Below are positions 1 to 9,887 of a DNA stretch of 29,082 nucleotides, piece after piece. The translations under genes and the position numbers were made by a program. Every line of letters begins with the position of its first letter. The stretch's first letter is position 1. This stretch comes from a virus (taxonomy: Duplodnaviria; Caudoviricetes): positions 1 through 29,082 of the IMG/VR virus record IMGVR_UViG_3300009472_000017. The stretch is one strand, 5' to 3'. The notes under the pieces were generated by a model that was not told where the DNA came from, ran no database searches, and saw only the letters and a list, made by a program, of their open reading frames with translations.

Positions 1-351
1 GACATCAGATGCAAATGTGGATATTCCAGCAACAGATAACGTATCTCCAATAAATACCTGTTTTCCTATTCCAACTCCACCATTAATAACCAAAGCACCA
101 TTAGTTGGTGCTGTTGATGTGGATGTATTAGAAAATGTTACTATACCAGTAACATTTAAAGTTCCACTATCTATTGTATCTGTCAAATAAAATTTTTCTG
201 TAGCAGTATCCCATACCAGAATCAATCCATCTCTAGTCTTTAGAGTGGAATTTACGTCAGCTAAATTGAGCAATCTGGTTGGTGCAGCTGCTGCATTGGA
301 TAATACACGAATTACATTTTGAGAACCAATTCTATCGTTGATACTAGGCAT
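1..351 (-). CDS. Tail-fibre-like virion structural protein, 5' part (runs off the window)
   Basis: Not in the ORF track; read by hand. The ATG at 351-349 overlaps the TAA of the upstream gene (TAATG). The frame is open to position 1: MPSINDRIGSQNVIRVLSNAAAAPTRLLNLADVNSTLKTRDGLILVWDTATEKFYLTDTIDSGTLNVTGIVTFSNTSTSTAPTNGALVVNGGVGIGKQVFIGDTLSVAGISTFASDV. LxDV...DGxILVWD and GALVVxGGVGIG are typical phage fibre repeats. Confidence 0.8.
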   Translation of the reverse strand, partial: MPSINDRIGSQNVIRVLSNAAAAPTRLLNLADVNSTLKTRDGLILVWDTATEKFYLTDTIDSGTLNVTGIVTFSNTSTSTAPTNGALVINGGVGIGKQVFIGDTLSVAGISTFASDV

Positions 352-686
352 TACCTTGTTACCCCTGCTCTTACTAATACAACTCCTTCAACAGCTTTAA
401 AATAATTACCATCGTTTGTTAATTTCACATCAAAAACATATCTTCCAGGTTTTAAATCCCGTGTTTGTGAAGCATTGAGTGAAATTGACAAAATTCCTTC
501 TTCGGCATCAGTTACAGTAGTCGCAAATGATACCGCAGATGTTGCACCATAATGTTTTCTCAACATAGCTTCCGACGTTGTAGAACTCAAAATAATTGGG
601 GAATTTGTTCTGGTATCCTGTAATTGAAATGAAGTATCGAAATCATACCCCTGCTCAACCACAATATTGGATACATAAACGGACAT
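351..686 (-). CDS. Small beta-sandwich virion protein (BppU-N-like baseplate/fibre adaptor), 111 aa
   Basis: All-beta pattern with EQGxDF, G.LSISL...QT..LKPGRYVFDV. It lies behind a late promoter at 712-719 and is coupled to the fibre-like gene. Confidence 0.65.
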   Translation of the reverse strand: MSVYVSNIVVEQGYDFDTSFQLQDTRTNSPIILSSTTSEAMLRKHYGATSAVSFATTVTDAEEGILSISLNASQTRDLKPGRYVFDVKLTNDGNYFKAVEGVVLVRAGVTR

Positions 687-711
687 TATTTAATTTTAAT
701 ATACTTATAGA

Positions 712-719
712 TATTTATA
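712..719 (-). promoter_or_regulatory. T4-type late promoter TATAAATA (second variant TATAAGTA at 702-709)
   Basis: Exact TATAAATA on the minus strand, 25 nt upstream of the ATG at 686. This is the gp55-dependent late consensus of T4-like phages. Confidence 0.8.
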
Positions 720-732
720 TTAATTTATCCGG

Positions 733-930
733 CTAAGATTTGTTCAAGAATTCTTTCAAGAGTGATTTAATTTCATCAATATCTTTTCTCAAATCATCTA
801 GTTCTTTTTTTCGTAAATCTCTATTTAAAGTAGATCTCAAATAATTTTCATATCCGGTGCTATCACAGTTAATGATAGCACCATTATTTTCATCTCGATA
901 TAGGTGTGAATGCCCATCAACTTTTATCAT
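733..930 (-). CDS. Conserved small hypothetical protein with a C-terminal coiled coil, 65 aa
   Basis: ATGA overlap with the stop of the 2458-aa gene. It has a KV.GH..LYRD...GAIIN motif and a heptad pattern (LRKKELDDLRKDIDEIKSLL). Confidence 0.8.
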   Translation of the reverse strand: MIKVDGHSHLYRDENNGAIINCDSTGYENYLRSTLNRDLRKKELDDLRKDIDEIKSLLKEFLNKS

Positions 931-3900
931 CTTACTGCAATTACTCTAAGGTCTTTAAATCTAGGTGGTTCTGCCTGATTTGTTCCAGACATCACAATTT
1001 TGATAGAAAATTCATTGAATAGATCTAAGTTTTCTGCAGTAAACTCATATTCTAAGAACTCATTTTTTATACTTGCAGGAACACGAACATCTGGCAATCC
1101 ACTATTCTTTGACGAATCAACAACTTTAAATCCACTATTTGTAGATATTAAATTATCATATCCAGGGAACAATTCAAAAGATTGTTCTACTTCATTAGAA
1201 TCAGATCTAGAAAGACTGTATAAAACTCTAAAATCTGCAGATTCGTGTCTATATGCAGAAAGTAATACTTTCAAGGTTGTTGCGGGTTGTTTAAGTATAA
1301 CGGGATTTGAATAATAAATTGCAGAATGTGGATCTGTAGCTATAGAATTTACACGATTATCAGAAGAATAATCTTCAATTGGATTATTTAATCTACTATT
1401 AGAAAATTCTGCAATCGTTTCTTTAATATTCAAATATGGAGAGACATTTTCATTTTCTGTATTAAATGTGACTCCTGCAGTGAATGATTTAAATCTGGGC
1501 AGTTGAGTCAAATATTCATTTTGATTCTCTTCAGAACAAATCATTCTAAGATCAGTAAATATATTTGATTGGTTAATTTGAACTTGTTCAAATCCATTAT
1601 CAATGAATGGTATTTCATTACCACCAACACTTGTTCCAGAAACAGTTCTTATTAAAGAAGAAACTGAAGTTAAATTGGGTGCTTGGCAATTAAAATGTGG
1701 AGTTAGAGCATCAAAAATAATGTTTTTTGATGCTCTAATTTCAGATCCACCAACATTTCTCTCTGCATTAAATGAAAGTTGAGATGTACTACTCTCACCA
1801 TCTGCAGATCTAAGAGATCCATATGTTGCAGACCTATCAATTTCAACAAAATAACTATCCATATCAATGTCTGTAGAGGCATTCATAACTATGTTATTAA
1901 TTCTTCTTAAAGAAACTCCATTTAATTCATATTTGTAAACTTGGATATTTAAACTATGAGTAGTTTTTACTGTACTATCAACCCCTCTTGAAACTATGTT
2001 TAATTGTCCAACACCAGTACCGACAAAATTATATGAAATAATTTCACGACCAATCTTTAAGTATCCAGGATATCCAGCATTTACTGATTGACCTTCAAAA
2101 GTTGTAAAGTTTGAAGTATCCGTAACAGTAATAAATGAAGTTTCAGTAGGAGATAACTCTACATTCAATGAAGTTGGAGGCACATCTGATGCAATGTTTT
2201 CAAATTTTAATTTGTTGACATTTAAATACATTCCATGATTAAAGTGATCGACTTTCATGTAGTTTCCAGAATTAACTCCACCATCTCCAGAAGAACTTGT
2301 AATGATGGTAGATGCCATAGAAACTATCGTATTACCAGTAGAACCACTATAGTAGCTCAAAGCAGCACCAACAGCAAATTCTTTTCCAGAACCAGACGAA
2401 CCAAACTCACCTTGAACATTTGTAACATAGAGCATATTTGCTCCAGTAATTCCACTAATAGAAATTAAAGATTCTCTACCTGTTGGATTTGTAGAAGACG
2501 TTGTTGAAGTGACAATTCCAACAACGTCACCTGTTTGATAACCAGAACCCCAATATCCAGTATCAATTCCGACTCCTGTTATAATACCAGAAGCACTTGT
2601 ATTGATTAAAAGTTTAAGTCCGGTTCCTCTTCCAACAACATTAAATGTATCCACAGATTTATCACTCAAAGAAATTGGATAATTTATTCCACCAGTACTA
2701 ATACCGACTGTTGTTACTGAACTACCTGTTCCTGTAATAACCGCAGTACCATTATTATTTGCTACCCCAGCAAGTTTTCTTCCTGTAGTAAGTATTCCTA
2801 AAGTTTCAGAATCGGTTACAGTGGTAATGCCAATTTTTCCAGTTTTTGGAAGTGTTCTTATAGGATTACTATTTAACTTATCAACCAAATCATTACTAGC
2901 ATCCAATGGAGGATTATAAAAATATGCTGTTCCAGAAGTGCTGGTAAATTTAGATTTATAGAGTTTGAACTTAAGATCTTGATATTGATTTGTGGTCCAA
3001 ACACTACCATTTTGCGATTTATACAAAGATCCTAAAGCAAATTGTTGAGTAAATCTTACTTTTCCGGTATCTGGCAAGTTTTGAGTTTCAATGGTATTTT
3101 CGCCCATTACAGCAGTCCAAAGTTCATAATCATTACTGTATTCTGATATTATTACCAAAGCATATTCAGTATTACCTTCAAGATAAATTGGTTCTGGAAA
3201 CTTCACATTTGTTGCCTTATTTCCAGTAGGTGAAATATTAATATTGGTAATTGTATTTAAATCAGAATCAACAGATCTTGGTCTCAAAATAGCTGGTTTT
3301 CCTACACGTTGAAGAGTGGGAATACCTAATTCAACTGTTCTAATTTCAATTTGCAGTGGAGCGTTTCCTTCATCAATAGTATTAAAAAATAAATCGACGG
3401 ATATAACAAATACTCCATAAGAATCCTCTTCAATATCAATAACACCAGGAACTGGAATATCTCCACCGACTGTAAACGTCTGTGCAAGAGGATCGCCCCT
3501 CCATGGTGGTGCTGGTGGCCTTGGTGGACTTGGTGGCCTTGGTGGTGGCCTTGGCGGGTTCCGTTGAATTCTGGTTGTTGTATTAGTGGTGGTTATAATT
3601 ACATCTCTTTGATATGTTTCGAGTATTCCCTCACATAAGAAATTAGATTTTGCAGTAGAGATGACTGTAGATCCTGTAACTAGTTTTTGATTAGAGGAAC
3701 TTGAATTTAATTTAAATGTAGATTCACCAACTTCTAAAATATTTGTTGGTGCTGGAGTTGTATTGGGATCTCTAATGAAGAAAGATCCAATCAAATCTCC
3801 AAATGAATCGGAAATCAATCTAAGATCTTTAACATATGATATTGCACCACTAGTTTGTCCAACCAATTGCATTCCAACTTCCAAATATCCAAAATATCTT

Positions 3901-6900
3901 CCCTGAGATTCTTCCACTAGTGAAGGAATATCAACGTTAAGAACTTTTGAATTTGCACTATAGAAAGATCCTATAGTTGTTAATCTTTCATATGGATTAG
4001 TGCTAAAAAATTCTTCTGGATTATCGAAAGGTCCGAATTTGTGCAAAGGAGAAGCTAATCTAAATCTTATTCTTTCAACACCATCAACAGTTCCAATTAC
4101 AGTTTCCCCAATAGAGTATGCTGCACTTGCTCCCGAATTAATGAGTTCGGGAGTATTTGCAATTTCAATAAGTTTTGGAATAAAATCAAATCCACTATTG
4201 TCATCAATGAACTGATAATATCTTGTATATGGTTTTAGATTAGATGCAGTAAATTGAGTATTTCTGCTCCGCATAAAAATATCATCAGATACTGATAATA
4301 GATTATTTCTGGTTACTGAGTCTATAGAGGTTCGTGTTTCAATGCCTGTCCGTTCTCTTGTAAAACGGTTGTTCTCCAGGAACCACCTTGCCAATCTCCA
4401 TGTTCTTACATTTACAGTGCGTCTAATAATATTATCATCTAATTGAATAGTTCGTACATAAACATCATTTTGTGGGTTTAATTCGAGCAAACCACTATAA
4501 GAAACAACATTAAATGGATTTACATTCTCAACTCTAGTAGCAAAGGGTTGTTTTAACCAATCAACTTCTTCATATTTCAGTGTAATTAAATCTCCAGTTT
4601 TTTGTACATTTGAATCCAATAGTTCAAAATTTTGACTTAAATCAAAACTTTCGGGTGTTTTATCCTCTTTTGGTGCAACTTGTAATGCGACAGAGGTTCT
4701 CTGTCGCAAAGGTTCCATTTGAGATATAGAGTTTACTTGAGAGTTTACTTGAAGAATTGAATTTCTTAAATCAATTTTTTCGTAATTTGAAAAAGTATCT
4801 ACAAAAAATCCACTCTTAAATCTATTTCTACCTTCAAAATCTTGGATTTCAATTGATTTCGCCTCAACTTCCAACAAAGATAATGTGGTATAAATTTCCA
4901 AATTTTCAACTCTATTTTCAATATTTCCAATATCTCTCATCGTGTATCTTCTGTTATCTTCAAGTCTAAATGAAACATCATTAACATTGTAAAGATATGC
5001 AGGAAGACTAAGGGTTCCCAGTTCTAAAAACTCATCAACATTTGATTTAATAGGTGGAGTGGGAGTCTTTGCCGAAACACCTTTTTCTACGAAAAACTCT
5101 CCCAGTCTATTTAAATAAATTCTATCAATTCTTCCAAGATAGAAACTGAAATCAACAGTAGAACCTTCACCTGGAGCTAATAATTTTGTTGGTAATGTAT
5201 CAAATGCAGTTGTTCTTGTATTAAAGTCGAATGGGGATCTGTCTGTGGTTACTGTAGGATCAAAAACAGAAACCCTTGGTCTGAAATCTAAAGTATCTGA
5301 TGCTCTTACTAAATCCTTACCAATTTTTGGAATATACTTTCCATATACTTCTTCATCATAACTATTAATTGTAAATACATCTCCAGAATCTGTAGAGGAT
5401 GAAGTATAATGATCAAATACGATCAGTAATCTTTTTGATGGTACAAACTTTCCTCTATTTCTAACAATATTTGAATATCCATAATATTGATCATTTTGTC
5501 CCTTATTGAGATAGAACATAGATGTTACATCTTTATAATCTCCTAAGGTTATAGATTCTACTTCGGATTCAATATTTGATTCTAAGAAATCTACTAGTTC
5601 ATTTGCATATAATTTATTTTTTGTTAAATAAACAACACCCAATTTGTTTGCAGGTGAAGACGGTGTAGTCGTAGAATTCGTTATAACTCTAGCAACAGCT
5701 TTGCTATTTCTACCTATAATTTTTTCACCGATAATCGCATTAGAAGATACATTTGCAATTGAATTGAATTCAATTTGATCTAAAGTTGGATCTTGATTGT
5801 TTAAAGATTCATATATGGATAAAACGTTATATACATCTGGATAATTTAAAGAAATTTCTTCATCCTGAACTCTTAATCCATAGTATGAATTAAACGTTAA
5901 TCCATCATTAGAAGAATCATTATCTGTTGTACCCGACTCCTTGAGATTTGAATAATTTACATTTGTTATAGTACTTCTGGTACGATTTTTAATTTTACTC
6001 TTAATTCCATTCTTCGTCGCAGTTATATTTACAGTAACATTTTTTGATGGGATAAGTCCATTGAATCTTACGGTATTTCCAACTATAGAAAAACTATCTG
6101 TCGTAATAGTTCCAATACCATTACTCGCATCATTATATCCAATAGAATATCTTTCTTGATCAAAAGTTGACCAAGATGCACTAGATATTCCCAAAGTAGT
6201 TATATTTAATTCTAAATTGCCATCGGCCGTAGTGGTATTTCCAGTAAGTTGCTCCGTAATAATAATATTTGAATCTGACAGATTTAAATCAGAAACATTA
6301 TCTTCCGACAATTGTGCATATAATTTACTATCACCACGAATAAATGGTGCTCCAACAAAAGCATTAACAATTTCATTTGATATTGGTAAACCTCCATCAA
6401 ATACACCAGTAACTGTATCGATTCCGACAACTTCTATAGAAGTACTATCAGAAGAAACTGAATTTACTCTATTGAATGTTTCATTGGATTTTCCTGGTAA
6501 TTGATATCTAATTATGGTATCTGTTGTTATACCAGTAAAAGATTTTAATACAGATGTGATAGTTGCAATACCTGGACTACCACTTCCAGATGTTATATTA
6601 ACTTCACGAATTCCTGATGGTAGTGGAAGTTTTTCTAAAATGCAGTTTGCAGTAAAATTTTGAATGAAACCAAAAGGAGTTGTTTGTTTTACTGACTTAA
6701 TACTTTGGGTATCATATACATGAACATCTTGAATAATTCTAGGAATATCATTACCATTGACAATTATCTGCTCACCATTTATAAAAGTTCCAGAAGTCTG
6801 TCTAAGATAAATTATATTTGAAGATCCACTTGCCGTGGCAAATCCACTTGCCCCAGAACTTTTCCCTTTGACATAGAAGGACTCTTTTATGTCATCAGAA

Positions 6901-8303
6901 TTTATAGATTGATTTAGAGTTAATTTTGTATATGTTTGAATATCATACAATCTTAAATCCCAATTAGTAGTATCTCCTTCATAACGAGCATCTGTTAAAT
7001 TAAATGTATATACTCTCGCTTCTCCAATTTGTGAACCTGCAGTTTCAAATTGAGAATATAATTGAATTGTTTTTTTAACCTCTGCCAAACCTGTAACTTT
7101 GTTTACCCTTAAAAGATTTCCCATCTCAAAGGGAACAGTAGTATTTTTTACTTCCTCTGTTTCTCTTGGTTTTTCAATGTCAATAATTGTTTGATTGGTT
7201 TTATCAATATCAAATCCTTTAACATATGCTTTTCCTGAAGATATTTGCAAACATGCAAGATCATCTGATGGCACATTTCCATTAGATGTCAACTCACTAT
7301 CAAGATAAATTCCCCTACTATCTATTCCATTATTTAATGAATTTTTTAATTCAAACTCAAATGGTTTTACGGAATAATTTCCAGATTCATCAAAAGTTCT
7401 TTGTGCAATATAATCTCTAATTAGATTATATTCTGTTCTTGTTGAAATTTTCTTAATATCTCCATCATCTATCTTCAATATTTCTACAAAATTTGAATCA
7501 TTAAAATCATTTAAATCTTTTTTGCCTAGAGTCAACTCTATTTTTAATCTATCTGCTCCTGGAGAAGCATAATTAGAAAACCCTCTAGCATTATCAAATA
7601 GTGAATTATCTTCTTTAGCATCAACGATTGTTTCATTTATATAAAAACCAACTCTATATTTGGAGTTATTATTGTAATAATCCAAAATAATTGTTTGCTC
7701 ATCAATGTTGGCAAAACTACCCCTAATAAAATATACACCCTTTGAAATAGATACTGAAGATCCAACTGCACTTGCATTGATTCCAATTAAAGATGCAAAA
7801 GGTGTTCCTGAAGAAATTGTCGTATTTCCATATACTATATTTTGATCCGCAGACAACAATTCTGCATCAGAAAAAGTAGAGAATTCAAAATTATTGCCCG
7901 TATCTCTGTAAGAAATATAAAGTGTTACATATTCAACTTCATCACTTTCACTAGGCAAAACTACTTTTATTACTTTAGCTTTTACTCCTGTTGTTTGCCC
8001 AACGATAGTCTTTCCTACTAATTTATCAGCATAAAATGATACATCTACTCCAAATTGAGTGGCATTTAACTTTATACAATTAAACTCATTATTATATTGA
8101 ATAGATCCTGGAATAACTACAGAACCTTCTTTGAAAAAATGAGTTCCAAATGTTTCTATTTGATTTTGAAATATTGATTGGAGAGTCGTTAATTCTCTAG
8201 ATTGAACTGGAACTCCTGGTTTAAACAGAACTTTATGGTAATCATTGGATGAATCGAAATCATCAAAATATGGACTTATGTTTAAATTTGTTTTTTGTGG
8301 CAT
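927..8303 (-). CDS. Large virion structural protein, VrlC-like / DUF4815 family, 2458 aa
   Basis: Motifs: N-terminal TNLNISPYFDDFD..HKVLFKPG.PVQSRELTTLQS, RTFDESGNY, RRYTMRDIG, NRFKSGFFVDTF, DPLAQTF and C-terminal PPRFKDLRVIA. Its position after gp8 is typical of cyanomyoviruses. Confidence 0.85.
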   Translation of the reverse strand: MPQKTNLNISPYFDDFDSSNDYHKVLFKPGVPVQSRELTTLQSIFQNQIETFGTHFFKEGSVVIPGSIQYNNEFNCIKLNATQFGVDVSFYADKLVGKTIVGQTTGVKAKVIKVVLPSESDEVEYVTLYISYRDTGNNFEFSTFSDAELLSADQNIVYGNTTISSGTPFASLIGINASAVGSSVSISKGVYFIRGSFANIDEQTIILDYYNNNSKYRVGFYINETIVDAKEDNSLFDNARGFSNYASPGADRLKIELTLGKKDLNDFNDSNFVEILKIDDGDIKKISTRTEYNLIRDYIAQRTFDESGNYSVKPFEFELKNSLNNGIDSRGIYLDSELTSNGNVPSDDLACLQISSGKAYVKGFDIDKTNQTIIDIEKPRETEEVKNTTVPFEMGNLLRVNKVTGLAEVKKTIQLYSQFETAGSQIGEARVYTFNLTDARYEGDTTNWDLRLYDIQTYTKLTLNQSINSDDIKESFYVKGKSSGASGFATASGSSNIIYLRQTSGTFINGEQIIVNGNDIPRIIQDVHVYDTQSIKSVKQTTPFGFIQNFTANCILEKLPLPSGIREVNITSGSGSPGIATITSVLKSFTGITTDTIIRYQLPGKSNETFNRVNSVSSDSTSIEVVGIDTVTGVFDGGLPISNEIVNAFVGAPFIRGDSKLYAQLSEDNVSDLNLSDSNIIITEQLTGNTTTADGNLELNITTLGISSASWSTFDQERYSIGYNDASNGIGTITTDSFSIVGNTVRFNGLIPSKNVTVNITATKNGIKSKIKNRTRSTITNVNYSNLKESGTTDNDSSNDGLTFNSYYGLRVQDEEISLNYPDVYNVLSIYESLNNQDPTLDQIEFNSIANVSSNAIIGEKIIGRNSKAVARVITNSTTTPSSPANKLGVVYLTKNKLYANELVDFLESNIESEVESITLGDYKDVTSMFYLNKGQNDQYYGYSNIVRNRGKFVPSKRLLIVFDHYTSSSTDSGDVFTINSYDEEVYGKYIPKIGKDLVRASDTLDFRPRVSVFDPTVTTDRSPFDFNTRTTAFDTLPTKLLAPGEGSTVDFSFYLGRIDRIYLNRLGEFFVEKGVSAKTPTPPIKSNVDEFLELGTLSLPAYLYNVNDVSFRLEDNRRYTMRDIGNIENRVENLEIYTTLSLLEVEAKSIEIQDFEGRNRFKSGFFVDTFSNYEKIDLRNSILQVNSQVNSISQMEPLRQRTSVALQVAPKEDKTPESFDLSQNFELLDSNVQKTGDLITLKYEEVDWLKQPFATRVENVNPFNVVSYSGLLELNPQNDVYVRTIQLDDNIIRRTVNVRTWRLARWFLENNRFTRERTGIETRTSIDSVTRNNLLSVSDDIFMRSRNTQFTASNLKPYTRYYQFIDDNSGFDFIPKLIEIANTPELINSGASAAYSIGETVIGTVDGVERIRFRLASPLHKFGPFDNPEEFFSTNPYERLTTIGSFYSANSKVLNVDIPSLVEESQGRYFGYLEVGMQLVGQTSGAISYVKDLRLISDSFGDLIGSFFIRDPNTTPAPTNILEVGESTFKLNSSSSNQKLVTGSTVISTAKSNFLCEGILETYQRDVIITTTNTTTRIQRNPPRPPPRPPSPPRPPAPPWRGDPLAQTFTVGGDIPVPGVIDIEEDSYGVFVISVDLFFNTIDEGNAPLQIEIRTVELGIPTLQRVGKPAILRPRSVDSDLNTITNINISPTGNKATNVKFPEPIYLEGNTEYALVIISEYSNDYELWTAVMGENTIETQNLPDTGKVRFTQQFALGSLYKSQNGSVWTTNQYQDLKFKLYKSKFTSTSGTAYFYNPPLDASNDLVDKLNSNPIRTLPKTGKIGITTVTDSETLGILTTGRKLAGVANNNGTAVITGTGSSVTTVGISTGGINYPISLSDKSVDTFNVVGRGTGLKLLINTSASGIITGVGIDTGYWGSGYQTGDVVGIVTSTTSSTNPTGRESLISISGITGANMLYVTNVQGEFGSSGSGKEFAVGAALSYYSGSTGNTIVSMASTIITSSSGDGGVNSGNYMKVDHFNHGMYLNVNKLKFENIASDVPPTSLNVELSPTETSFITVTDTSNFTTFEGQSVNAGYPGYLKIGREIISYNFVGTGVGQLNIVSRGVDSTVKTTHSLNIQVYKYELNGVSLRRINNIVMNASTDIDMDSYFVEIDRSATYGSLRSADGESSTSQLSFNAERNVGGSEIRASKNIIFDALTPHFNCQAPNLTSVSSLIRTVSGTSVGGNEIPFIDNGFEQVQINQSNIFTDLRMICSEENQNEYLTQLPRFKSFTAGVTFNTENENVSPYLNIKETIAEFSNSRLNNPIEDYSSDNRVNSIATDPHSAIYYSNPVILKQPATTLKVLLSAYRHESADFRVLYSLSRSDSNEVEQSFELFPGYDNLISTNSGFKVVDSSKNSGLPDVRVPASIKNEFLEYEFTAENLDLFNEFSIKIVMSGTNQAEPPRFKDLRVIAVR
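3504..3563 (-). repeat. GC-rich 9-nt tandem repeat (+ strand GGTGGCCTT, about 5 degenerate copies) encoding RNPPRPPPRPPSPPRPPAPP
   Basis: Directly visible: ggtggcctt at 3514, 3532 and 3544, and the variant ggtggactt at 3523. Confidence 0.85.
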
Positions 8304-8340
8304 TTTTTTAGAATTCCAGAATAATTTTAACGTCTTCTTT

Positions 8341-9852
8341 TTATCTAGAGTCTCTTGAAATCAAAGATCTATTATCAATGTAAATAATGTCTCCTGTATT
8401 CTTATTTATCTCTGGATTTGCGAGACCTTGACTAAAAGTAACTCCCAAACTTACTTGCTTAGATCCAATAATAGTAGTTATACCACTATAATTTGTGTCT
8501 ACAGATCCACCAAAAGGAATAATAGATTGAGATGAAGATTCAAAATTTAGAACTTTACCTTTTGAAGAAACAGCATTGCTATCAGTCTGATCATCACTAT
8601 TTGCAAAAAATAATGATCTATCTTGATAGTATTTAATTACTTTAGTTTCTGTGTCATAAGATGCAACATAACCTCTAGCAGTTCCTCCACTTACAGTTTG
8701 TGTTATTGCAGCTCCAACAGTTGGATTACTTGTTACTGAGGTAACTTTAATTGATCCTAAAGAAGTAAAGGTATTGTTTATGTGTACACTAGTCGAATTA
8801 TAAGATTCTGGATTTTTTATAATTCCTACCTGAGCAAAACTTGTATCTATAGGAAAATCTTTAGTAGAATCGTCAAACCTAGAATAAATTAATACTTTAT
8901 CAGCACCCAATTCTGAATAAATATCGTATCCATGACCTCTAGAAGGCGGAATTATTGGAATTAATTTTGCAGGATTGCTAACAGTTCCACTACTTTCCAA
9001 ATCTACAATTCCAAAAGTGTAACCAGACCCACCAGATACAACAACAGCATCAGTTATTCTTCCAGTTCCATCACATGTGATTGCAACTTTTCCTCCAGTT
9101 CCGTCACCTATAATATTGTATGTTTTGGATGAATATCCACTACCAGCATCTTCAATGTATACAGTTTTTATTTGATTCAAATTAACTGTAGAATCTCCTG
9201 CCTCTCTAATGCTTTGAATTTGAAAGTCTGTTGAAGTTGACCAATCATTTGGCAAAGGAACATATTCTGTCGAGTCGAATTTAATAATGTCACTAGGAGC
9301 GACAGTAAACAAATATTTCCAAATATATCCGTCACCACTAGATCCGGCTGCTGATGGTTCTAAATCTGTAAATGTTGGTTCATCTTTTGAAGTATTTCCA
9401 AGAACATTTGTTCCTGAAGATCCATTTTGTATACAAATATAAACTCTAAAATCATTATTAATTACATAGTAATTTGAGTCATAAAGTCTAGCTGATTGAG
9501 AATTTGGTGATAAATTTGAGGCACTATAATCATGCCTATACATATCATATCGAGTATTGGCCGTCCATTGAACCTTTCTTATGACTCTTCTAATATTTGC
9601 ATTAGTAATTTTATTTCCAAACAGTGCAGTATTTCTATAGTGTGCCAAATACTGAAAATTATCTACAGGAGTTGGTGGGACAGATGGGGATGCATCCCAA
9701 GAAGTTGTTCTACCAAATCCAATAGGATTGCCGTTAGATCCTGGATTTGATAATCCCAAAAAAACATAATAAGAATCGTCATTACTCAGGACAGAATCTA
9801 TAAAATTATTAGCATTAGCAATTCTAAATTGATCTGTTACGATGGCTGCCAT
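8341..9852 (-). CDS. gp8: Baseplate wedge subunit gp8 (503 aa as written; probably 8308..9852 with an in-frame TAA)
   Basis: Motifs: MAAIVTDQFRI, RYDMYRHDY, FRVYICIQNG, DGYIWKYLFT, IIKFDSTEY and GDIIYIDNR. It follows gp7. The typical terminal KEDVKIILEF is encoded in frame after the TAA. Confidence 0.9.
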   Translation of the reverse strand: MAAIVTDQFRIANANNFIDSVLSNDDSYYVFLGLSNPGSNGNPIGFGRTTSWDASPSVPPTPVDNFQYLAHYRNTALFGNKITNANIRRVIRKVQWTANTRYDMYRHDYSASNLSPNSQSARLYDSNYYVINNDFRVYICIQNGSSGTNVLGNTSKDEPTFTDLEPSAAGSSGDGYIWKYLFTVAPSDIIKFDSTEYVPLPNDWSTSTDFQIQSIREAGDSTVNLNQIKTVYIEDAGSGYSSKTYNIIGDGTGGKVAITCDGTGRITDAVVVSGGSGYTFGIVDLESSGTVSNPAKLIPIIPPSRGHGYDIYSELGADKVLIYSRFDDSTKDFPIDTSFAQVGIIKNPESYNSTSVHINNTFTSLGSIKVTSVTSNPTVGAAITQTVSGGTARGYVASYDTETKVIKYYQDRSLFFANSDDQTDSNAVSSKGKVLNFESSSQSIIPFGGSVDTNYSGITTIIGSKQVSLGVTFSQGLANPEINKNTGDIIYIDNRSLISRDSR

Positions 9853-9870
9853 ATTACATACTTTTTTAAA

Positions 9871-9878
9871 TATTTATA
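9871..9878 (-). promoter_or_regulatory. T4-type late promoter TATAAATA for gp8
   Basis: Exact consensus in the gp7-gp8 intergenic gap, 18 nt upstream of the ATG. Confidence 0.85.
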
Positions 9879-9887
9879 AATGATTTA

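Noticed and set aside
8341-8343. Genome-wide TAA-to-Gln stop reassignment
   Set aside because: TAA is the proper terminator of gp6, gp25, the 111-aa gene and several small ORFs, and no other long gene here is interrupted.
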